This document shows, in pieces, positions 10,170-20,000 of a DNA stretch of 20,000 nucleotides. Position numbers and translations under genes: made by a program. Source of the stretch: Paramecium tetraurelia (taxonomy: Eukaryota); NCBI GenBank assembly GCA_000165425.1, contig CT868069.1:119748-139747 (forward strand), given 5' to 3'. Under the pieces are notes generated by a model. That model was given only the letters and a program-made list of their open reading frames with translations, had not been told where the DNA came from and did not search any database. How positions within the stretch are numbered: the stretch's first letter is position 1; each line of letters begins with the position of its first letter.

Positions 10170-13100
10170 TCATTTATATAACACTCGACAGATCGCCGAT
10201 GGATTGATGTTGGAATCCCCTTAATCAAAAATTTGATGATCTGCAAATCTTTTGGGTTACTATTACTTAAAATATTTTTGAAGCCAAGCTTAACCAATTT
10301 TTTTAAAAATTGGCTTTGATAATATGTATATATCTAATATCAGAGTTAGGCTTAAATTACAACTCATAATTCCAATTTAGATCCATCCAAGAGTCACCAA
10401 ATTCTGTGGACTTTTTTGATAAAATTCATGAATCAGATAAATCAGATTCATGAAGACAAAAGTTAAATGCTTAAATTATTTCTTGAAACCCTCCAGTTTT
10501 TCTAATTTATTTCGTTTTAGAAAAAGAAAAGAAAAATAAAATAGTTCATTTATAACACAAAGCTATATTTAAATGATTGGACACTCAAAACATCCTACTA
10601 ATATTACACTAAAAATTATCTTTTAGATACAACTATAAGTATACTAAAATTCACTAAATCTTTAATTCTATTTATTGACTAAATAGAAAATTATTAATAT
10701 TAATAAAATAATTTTGAGCGTCAAACTTATCATTCCTTCTAAATTTTAGTTGTTTTAGTATTGAAATGATAGCATCATGTTTATCACATATTCATATATA
10801 AGAGATTAGAATATTATTTTAAATTATTCGTTAAATTCATTTCCATGATTTTTTTTGCAAATTTTTGCTAATTTCTTCAAAAATTTTAATAAATAAAGTC
10901 TTGACGTTTCATCGTTAAAATTTGTAATATATGTTATGATTTATTTTATAATAATTTAAGAGAAAAGATGGCTGAAATAAGCTAAAAAAATGATGGAGAA
11001 TATTTCTAAAAAAGCACACAAAAAATTTGAGCTCCTTCCATCATCCTCAAAGGAGGATTTTGAATTTTCCTAATTTACATTGAAAATACTTAAGGATTGG
11101 GGTTAAAATCCAATGAATTAGTAAAGGTTTGCTAATTAAATGATTTTAAATGTATCAAAAAATTTTATCAAATTTTATCCTTTGATAATATTAATGTATT
11201 TGTAATAGTATAGCATTTACATCATTTCTATTTAGTTTTCTATGATTTAAAATTTTCCACTTAAAGAAGAGATTAGTACTAATCCAACTATAATTTAAAT
11301 TTGATATTCACTAAATTAAATGAGAGATACAGTAGTTTATTATTCTTCAGCTGATAAAAAATTAGGAGATGCTAGTTATATAGATAATTGCTAACATTCT
11401 TATTCTAACTCTTATTCATTTATGATGATGCTTAGATTCTGAAAAATAAGAAAGAAGACGGGATCAACAACTTTCTCTAAGTACTGAATTTTTATTAAGA
11501 TTTCAAAATATTCTAAATCTTATGATGGTTTAGAATTTGTTTCAATTGTAATGTTTAACTTAATGTTTATGACTGAACCTGATAATGAATTTAAGTATTA
11601 TTCTAATGTACTACCAGGAGATAGTTTTACTTTTTAATCATAAAATAAGATGAGAATTTAGCAATTCTCAATCGATTTAACAAATTTTAATTAAGGGACA
11701 GGATGAAAGATTTAAATACATTCATTTAATTAGCAAAGGCTATTTTTTGAAGGTTAGCAATCAGAATCGCATCCATCCCCATCAATAAAATTACCGTCAT
11801 CGCATAATTCATTTTAATTGATATCTCCATCTCCACACTTACTATGGATTAAATTTTCTTAAATGTTATTATTATTAGCATTAGTATTAGTAATATTAAT
11901 AGCATCTGTTAAATATTGAATGCAAATATTTTTTTCACAAGCGATACAGTTTTGGAAATCGCATTTGTCCTTTGTCTTTGGTTAGCATAATTCATCATAT
12001 AATTCAAAATTATCTAAGCAAACGAGACATTAATTATTTTCGTCTAAAGTCTTACAATTTTTATCTATGATTAATTTACAATTCAAACATTTTCTGGTGT
12101 TTAGTTGATCACATTCTTCATCTGGAGTAGCCATTATTCCATCACCACAAGCACTAAAACAAGATCCGTTCGATTTATCAAAGTAATAACCTTTTTGACA
12201 TGCTGTGCCATCATCTGTACAAACTCCAGCTATACATAATGGGCATATAGGATTACAAGAGTATTTACATTAAAAACAACCATCATATGGATCATCATTA
12301 TCGTCTTCACATTCTTCATAGATAGATTTTACTCCATCTCCACATATGTCGTAACATTAATTAATTAAAACGTTGTAGTAAAGACCATATTCAGGATCAC
12401 ACTTAGATTTTAGAAGGCATTCATTAGTCTATTCAATCAGCATATAATCTTATTCACAATTTTGACACAATCCAAACAAGCATTCAATACACTAATCTTT
12501 ACATTAGAATTGGCAGTTCGAACATATAATATGATTTTCAATTAAATTATGTTCGCACTACTCAAGATCATTAATGTGATTATCTCCACATTTACTCTCA
12601 CATTTAGACCTATTTGCATTTAAATAATAGAAATCATCACAGATAATACAAATTTCATTGATTTAATAGCGGCAATATTATATATAAGCTGAGCTCATAT
12701 AATTTTATTATAAAAGATATTCTTGCGGTGTAATTGAAGTTTTCTTACTGTATTAAATTTCACATATTCCATTTAATAATTTAAATCCTAATTGACAACC
12801 TAAGCATCTTCCTGACTAGCATACTTAACAATTAGAACAGCAATGAAATTAACAAAAATGACAACCATCAAAAGGGGTTATATTTCCATCATCGCAATCT
12901 TCTCCAGAAACAATTAATTCATCTCCACAAATATTTTGGCATTTATTTTCAATTAATCTAAATCCTATTTAACATTATAAACAGCCAGAAATTTGACAAT
13001 TTAAACAACTAGGTTGACAAGATAATTAACAGTTATAACAACCGTCATAAAGTAAAGAATTCATATCTTCACATTTTTCATTTCCAACTTTTACATTATC

Positions 13101-16100
13101 ATTGCAAATTTCTAAGCATTTATTATTTGTATTCAGGTAATAATGATCTATACATTCTAAGCATTTTCCATTCTGGCAAACCTTACAAACGGTAGTTTAA
13201 CATTAATATTTACAACTTGTGCTGCATCCATCATTTGCAACTAAGTTAAAATCATCACATTCTTCTGTATTTCTTCCATATGGATCAACTGCAAGGAACC
13301 CATCCCCACAAATATTAACACAATAATAGCTATAGGGCTAGAATCCAATAACTTAACAATCTAAACAACTCTTTCCATCTGAACTACAAGTTTTGCAATC
13401 ATTTCTGCATAGTCTCTTACACTAATAACAATTATCATTTTCTTCCAGATTATTTCCATCATCACATTCTTCCGATCCTATTACTATTGAATCTCCACAA
13501 TTCTCTACACATTATAAAATGTCAATATTTATAATCCAACCATAAGTTAAACATTCATAGCATAAACCTCTTATGCATCTAGTACATGAGGCTTAACATT
13601 CTAAATTACATTGATAACAACCATCAGATTAGACATTATTGCCATCATCACATTCTTCAAGGCCACTTATGATACCATCTCCACAAATATCTAAGCAAGG
13701 AAAAACTGTTTAAAGATTGCAGGTCTAGCATTATTATGGACACTAAAATTTACAATTTGTACAACCATCATTAATTTTTTAGTTTCCATCTTCACATTCT
13801 TCATCACCTGATAATAATAAATCTCCACATACTGATATACATTAATTTTCAACATTCTAAAAACCTGTCTAACATGCGATTTCATCACAAAGTTAATTAT
13901 GCCATTTAATTATCTGATTACCGCACTTTTTGTAACATTATGATAAGTTTACATCTTCTAATGATGGGCATACTTGACAAAAATTATTAATTTCGTAATA
14001 TCCTAATAAACAAATACATGATAGTCCCTATAACCTTCTGTATTCATTTGGATTGCAACTCAAGCAAGAATTATCAGCTGATGAAAAACAAGTTTAACAT
14101 TTTTTATGGCACAAATTACATATAAAACTAGCATCGTCAAAATAATATCCTTCTTAGCAATTGCAAATATCACCCTTTTTCTCAACTTTTTCTAGCTAAA
14201 TACATTAAGTACACTGATCATTAGTTGATCCATAACATTTTTTACATAATTTACTGCAAACTTGACATTTACCCCCAGTATTATCATCATAATATCCATC
14301 ATAACATATGCATTAATTTAGATACAAATAACGGTATTGCTATTCTTCACAATTGATACATAAATCTTTCTAATTTCTACATTATTTACATTTAAAACTA
14401 CAGTCTAAAATTTTATATATATTTACCTTCGCATAATTATGTTTAGATACTAAAGAATTAATTCACCAAACACATCAATATACATTTGGTAATATATAGT
14501 TTATATGGGTAAAAGCACTAAGTGCATTCATATTCATTAAAACAAGCAACGCATTCTTGAGGGCAGCTCTCACATTTAAAATATTAATAATCGAGATATT
14601 ATTAAGGACCACACTGAGATGGGTCTAATTTAATTATTTAATTATCAAAAGTAGCCATTTAAGTGCAAGTATTTTCATCTAAACATTATAAACAAAATGG
14701 ACTACAATAATGGACAACTATTTAATAATCAGCTAAGGCACAATAACTATCTTTCACATTATTATTTTATCCAACACACTCAAAAGATATTGATAATGAA
14801 GGTAAATATTATGAAATTGTTATTGTTACTGTTTAATTTGAATTCACTTAAGATTATATATTATTAAAAGAGTATTTTAAATAACCTCCACTGCTCTAAA
14901 AATTACTTCCAAAAATTGCATCAAAATAAATTGTTAAAGAATGATGTGGCTTATCTATCGTATATACTTAAGAAAATTTTGCTGTTGCCCAAACATATTG
15001 CCCTCCAAATACTGCTTTTGAAGATATGTATGACCAATATATTAAATCTCCTTTTTAAAAATCTTTGCTAGTTGAGGACTCTAAAATAAAGGTTTCATGT
15101 AAATTTTAAGGAACTGTAAAATCAATAAATAGTCTCATTAAGTATTTTGAATCTAAAAATATACTTAGTGATATACATTTTGTGGTTTAATCATATTTCA
15201 TGCAAACGTTATTTAAAAATAACGAATCTTTAGGGCAACTTAAGACGCATTTTCCATCTGAGACCTTTTTATAGCCATTTTAGCAAATAGAGCATTCATA
15301 TTCTCTTTCACACTTTAAAACAAAATGCAGGACATTAAGCACTTGCAATAATAGAATAAATAATATACCATCCAGAATTAGAATTTCTACATTTAATAAT
15401 ATAATTACGTAAAATTTCCTTTGATTGAAAAATTAAAAATTTCCTTGTTTCTAAANNNNNNNNNNNNNNNNNNNNNNNNNNNNNNNNNNNNNNNNNNNNN
15501 NNNNNNNNNNNNNNNNNNNNNNNNNNNNNNNTTATGGTTTTTGTTTAGTTTGGGGGGTGAATAAGTTAGTGCGCTAAATAGGTTAGGGGGTGATATGGAG
15601 GTAAGGTTAAGCAAAGTACATTGGGTATTTTCATAAGGTTTGGAAAATCTTTTTCTTTTATGTGCGTAGGTTAATAAACAAAAAGTTCAAACATCTATAA
15701 TTTGAAGGTGGTTCACCAGTTAAAATTGTTCTGATAGGACATCGACATGTACCACTAACTAAGCTAACACCTGAAAAGCATGATGTGCATTCATTATAAT
15801 CATCTCCAGTACAAGTTCTACAAGTAGGATGACATAAATAATAAGATAAATGAACATTTTTAATTAAAGCCAAGTTTAATTCATTAACGATCCTGAATTT
15901 TAAATAACTCATAGAAGTGAATTCTTAAAATGCGATTTGAATTGTCTTTACTTCATGTTAACTTGAATTACAGCCTCCTAAACTAAATTACAAAGTATTT
16001 TAAGTGGTAAATTAAAACTAGTAGTTCTAAGTTTTATACTCTATTTTCAAGTAGTCTCCATTCCATTAAGTAAGAAGATATATATCTAAATTTAAAGTGT

Positions 16101-16359
16101 GGTTCATGCCATTTGCTTTCAAATTGTTGAGTTATTCACTTATACTAGCCATCATTTAGGAAGATGATAAAATTAATGCAGTTCCTATAGGATTTGTACA
16201 ATTTGAAAACAGAGCGCTAGTTAATGTCCCACTATATTTGAATGAATAGGGGCAAGTATTAGAAGCGCAATTAAGATAGTTTGGTTAGTGAAAACCATTA
16301 TAGTAGACTTACCATCCCCCCATTACTGATGCAATTAGAATCAGAAATAATATACTCAT
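10170..16359 (-). CDS. Large cysteine-rich surface protein (furin-like + Myxococcus-type Cys-rich/DUF4215 repeats) with multi-pass TM C-terminus, ~2000 aa
   Basis: ATG 16359 with signal peptide MSILFLILIASVMG. Furin-like repeats (CHPTCRTCTG, CHKKCQTCFS); about 10 CGD...ECDDGN...DGC repeats at ~13930-11750; stalk; QMLYYYKYIN motif; about 7-9 hydrophobic helices at ~11300-10330; TGA 10172-10170. Introns 15387-15408, 15153-15176 and 14405-14426; one open exon from 14404 to 10170. Interrupted by the N gap and two single-base frameshifts near it. Confidence 0.87.
11750..13930 (-). repeat. Protein-level tandem array of Myxococcus-type cysteine-rich repeats (CGDGxxxxxEECDDGNxxxxDGC)
   Basis: Recurrent + strand words tctccaca / ccatcatcacattcttc / acaaccatc roughly every 150-250 nt. 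They translate on the - strand to units such as CGDGIISGLEECDDGNNVQSDGC and CGDGDINQNELCDDGNFIDGDGCDSDC. Confidence 0.85.
15456..15531. other. Assembly gap (76 N) with low-quality flanks
   Basis: Run of N inside the large Cys-rich gene. The flanks show an unusual G-rich composition and homopolymer frameshifts. Confidence 0.97.
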
Positions 16360-17004
16360 ATATATATTACTTTAAAGAAAATTTGATTTCTTTTACCATC
16401 TTTGTCGTCTTACATAAATATTAAGGTTGATTTTTCTACGTAGATTATATTCTATAATAAGTTTTGTAGACTTAAAATACAAAATTACGAATAAAAACTC
16501 AATCATAATTTGGAACTTTATAAATGTTTCAGGAGATTCTTCAATCTTTAAATATATCGTTTTATTTTTCTTCTTGAATTTTCGATATTTTAGATATCAG
16601 TCAATTTTTGATTACTTAAATAAAAAGAGAAAAATTATAGAATAGAAAACCATATCTAGTAAAACATATAATATGGCAAATAAATCATTTATCAACTAAC
16701 TTCCATTTGATATAAAATTAAACTTTCAATATTAAGAAATTATTTAATATAATTTATTTTAATCAGATATTATTATAAAAATAATATTAAGTCATGCATG
16801 ATTGATGAAATGGTAAATTTTCCTAATCGTTCCAAGCAATTGTGATAAACAAATTAAATGACTCATTACAATTAATTGAGTGAAGCTTCTGATTTTAAAT
16901 TTTGGCGTGGATGGCGACTATGAATTTCAGATTTTAAGTCGGAATGTGAAGCCATAATAAATTAAATAATCATAAATATTAATTAATATTTATTTAAGAT
17001 AATT

Positions 17005-19790
17005 ATGTAAAATTTACTTAATCTAAACTATGTTGGCTCTAATAATAAGAGAGAAAAAGTCAAAAGATGTATTATGACTAAAATAAAAAGAAGTAGTTCT
17101 AATGACCTCAAATTAATTCTTTATCCTCTGACTTCAAAAACCGCAAATATTTTATCTTTTAGATAGAAATTTAATTCCAGAAGAAGAAGCACTTCTATTT
17201 CATATTTTACACATGATTAAGAATTAAATAGATAATAAAAGTGTATTCAAATTTAGATCGATAATAAAGAACAATAATAACCTAATGAGGGCGATGGTAA
17301 TTCTAAGCCATCATCAAATAATATAATTACAAACAAATAATGGGATGATCTAAATAATATTTACGAAAGGAGAAAAAACGATGTAAATTTTAGACAATTT
17401 ATATAACATTTTTAGTAGGATGCTCTCTAATTGGAAGCATTATATTATTAGCTTTCTTTTTTAGAGTTCCACCTATCTGCCCCTTTATAACTTCCACCTA
17501 TTTTATGTTACTTTTTATATACTTTAATTATGTATAGAGATGATAAAAGAAAACTTTTTAATCAATTTTCAGACACTTATTTTGGGGATGATTATTATAA
17601 AAAATTAAGAAAATTTCAAGGTAGATATTTTAAATAAAAACTTTAAAATTAATGCATTTCACAAATTTCTTTTTATAATGAACCAGAAGAAGAATCTATT
17701 TTACATGAACTCATGTTTTTCTATTATCTTGATAATTTGATTCCCAACCTTGATCTTGATTATAGTATGCTTTTGGATGATTTTTTATCATACTTTTCAT
17801 TATCAAACATTAAAAAAAATTTCATAGAACTCTCTATGAGAGATGATAATATTTTAAGAAAAAACAATATAGCATTTGGAAATATTAGATTTGTCTTCAA
17901 AAAAAAGGATGGATTGTTCATTGATTTTAAGTAACCAATAGGAAGATTTGAAAATATATAATTTCTTGATTACGTTTAGTTTCAAGCTGATTTTACTCAA
18001 TAAGTATCCTCAGCCGAGCCTATTAAATATTTTAATTCATATCGTTCGGAGCCACATAGCGAAAGGACTATGATTTTGTTTCTTTTGGCTGATATATACC
18101 TAAATTAATCCATATTTCAGCATTTAAAATTAGATTTGATAGATTCTCAACAGATAAATAATATCATAAATCTATCCTAAATCTACTTGGAAATAACTAG
18201 TGAGAAAAGAGTTTGTAAAAATTGTTTAGGCATGTTTTAATAGATTCCAATTGAATTTATTTGCTAGAAATTTCAAGAAACATTTGGATTGGGTGTGGAT
18301 ACAAGATTTTAATTCATAATCACCTAATAGTATTTATTGGATCCAAAAATCTCTACAGAAAAAGAAAGATACCAAAGAATTTGGGTAAGAACAACTTAAA
18401 AAAAATTCAATTCATAATATAAATTCTTAAAAGATTAAAAAAAAAATTCGGAAGACTTTTAAAAGGAAAATTAATAAGAAATTCCACTTCAGCTCATTAT
18501 AGAATAAAATGATTAAAATGATGAAAATGATTGTGAACTCGTGCAAAAACAAGATTTACCTCAATAAGACTCCAAATAATCACATTAATAAGAAGATTTA
18601 ATAAAACAAGAATATTTAATTTGCTACGAAGAGCAAGAACCCACTGGATTAATATCTGTGTTGTTTTTAAAAGAAAGATATTGTAAAAGTTAAGTTTGCA
18701 ATTTTAAAACTAAAATTCCTGATATCAAACTCACAAATACATTTTTTATAAATAATGAATCATAATTTTCAGATACAATTTCCCAAAATAGTTTTAATTA
18801 AGATGAAAACTCGCAATCATCTAAATAAATTAAATATTAGAAATAATAAAATAGATTATTAGATCAGCTGCAAAAAAAATAATATACACTTATACATCAT
18901 ATGAATTTTAAGCACAATAATCCAGAAGAATAGAATCTTCAAAAAACAAAGAAACCTTATACGATATATGAAGATTTATTGTTAGAAATTCAATCTGAGT
19001 TTTACTCTTATTTAATAAGGAAGTTTACATCTGATTTTTAAATGTTTGATACTGAGCTTTTTGAATTAGATAAAATTTTGCAATTATATTGGGAAATAGG
19101 ACTTCTTAAAGGACAATAAAATGGCTTAATGAATATTTTAAAGGAAAAATTAATGCTGAATAGTATTCTTGATTGTGGATAATTTAATTTGAAATTATTT
19201 ATCTAGGATTATTAATTTATAAGTGAATGTAGAACTACATAAATTACAAATGAAATGAAAAGTAATTAATAGAGCAGTAAAACTTCAGCTAACTTTTATA
19301 TATTAAAGTTTTATGGATTGAATGAGTCTGGAGAATTTAAAAGAATTGCTTTATCAATTTAGGGCTAAAGTTGTTACTAATTAATTCAACAATTTGATGA
19401 ATAACTTTAAGAAGAAATAAAAAAATTTAAACGGCTTATAATAATTATTTTATCGATTAACTAGATCAACAATTAATGCACCGAAACAATTTACAACCAC
19501 ATATTAAATTTATAACATCCCAAATTTGAACTCAAACATTATTTTTTTGAACAAAATACAAGGGATCAAACCTAAAAGGAGAGGCACAAATCAACTTCGA
19601 TATCAGAATAATAATTGATTCTTTTAGAAAAAGATTTCTTTTTACATCGATATGCGCTTCAGGATTAAAATTGTTTTTAACCTTTTAAGGAGTTGAGTGA
19701 GAAATTTGATCAAGAGTTGATGAGCTTTGAATGCTAAGTAAATTTAAAAATAATTATTAATAGGTCCATACTTGGAATGTCAATTCATGA
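17005..19790 (+). CDS. Uncharacterised ~920-960 aa protein containing a putative zinc-dependent (cytidine-deaminase-fold) deaminase domain
   Basis: ATG 17005 opens a frame with no TGA until 19891-19893 (962 aa unspliced). A likely 26-nt intron at 19738-19763 would end it at TGA 19788-19790 (919 aa). Contains RKNNIAFGNIRF (from 17857), EPHSERTMILFLL (HSE 18055-18063) and IYLEITSEKRVCKNCLGMF (CxxC 18214-18225). The CDS is well supported; the domain call is inference. Confidence 0.75.
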
Positions 19791-20000
19791 ATCCACCCTT
19801 ATGATATTATAATAAAACATTTTAAAACAGCATCTTAAGAGTTTCTAATTAGTGCAAGCGATTGTACCGATTTGTATACTACTATTCACATGATTACGTT
19901 CTCCTGCCTTTTAAAAGTTGGCTGCAATTGAGTAAATGAAAGAAGAATAGGACTACTTTTTAAAAGGTGGTCTGAAGTGATAGGAGGACGAGAGTTGTTT

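Noticed and set aside
10968..11705. Apparent + strand coding sequence starting ATGGCTGAA at 10968
   Set aside because: + frames hit TGA repeatedly; the region is the antisense of the TM/stalk part of the large - strand gene.
13691..13888. Supplied ORF 13691-13888 (-)
   Set aside because: Alternative frame within the Cys-rich repeat exon; the true frame gives CGD/ECEDGN repeats.
11750..13930. Regularly spaced DNA repeats suggestive of a CRISPR-like array
   Set aside because: The repeats are degenerate at synonymous positions and encode Cys-rich protein repeats in one open frame of a eukaryotic gene.
15532..15615. G-rich stretch with TTTGGGGGG and TTAGGGGG resembling telomeric repeats or a G-quadruplex
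   Set aside because: Not tandem TT(T/G)GGG units. It sits at a contig edge beside the N gap inside a coding region, so low-quality base calls are the simpler explanation.
16427..16645. Supplied ORF 16427-16645 (+)
   Set aside because: Non-ATG start, extremely AT-rich I/F/K/N composition, located in the divergent intergenic region; no coding evidence.
16826..16835. 10-nt match (TTGGAACGAT on the - strand) to U6 snRNA
   Set aside because: The ACAGAGA box and the rest of U6 are absent, and no D/D' box directly follows on the + strand; likely chance.

Overview
AT-rich, gene-dense ciliate DNA, most likely a Paramecium macronuclear assembly. Genes read through TAA/TAG as Gln (translation table 6), stop only at TGA and carry 22-26 nt GT..AG introns, so the supplied standard-code ORF track is fragmentary or misleading. 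Manual translation gives seven genes: (1) 5'-truncated calcyphosin-like EF-hand protein (+); (2) RCC1-repeat/coiled-coil/TKL kinase (+); (3) small HMG-box protein with a probable mitochondrial presequence (+); (4) prominin/Tweety-like 5-TM protein (-); (5) mitochondrial RsfS/Iojap/MALSU1 homologue (-); (6) a ~2000-aa Cys-rich repeat surface protein with a multi-pass TM C-terminus, spanning an assembly gap (-); (7) a ~920-960 aa, almost intronless protein (+). The best lead is gene 7, which contains an apparently intact zinc-dependent deaminase signature (NxAxG...HSE...SEKRVCxxC) resembling polymorphic-toxin-type deaminases. All family calls come from recognising motifs by eye; no searches were run.
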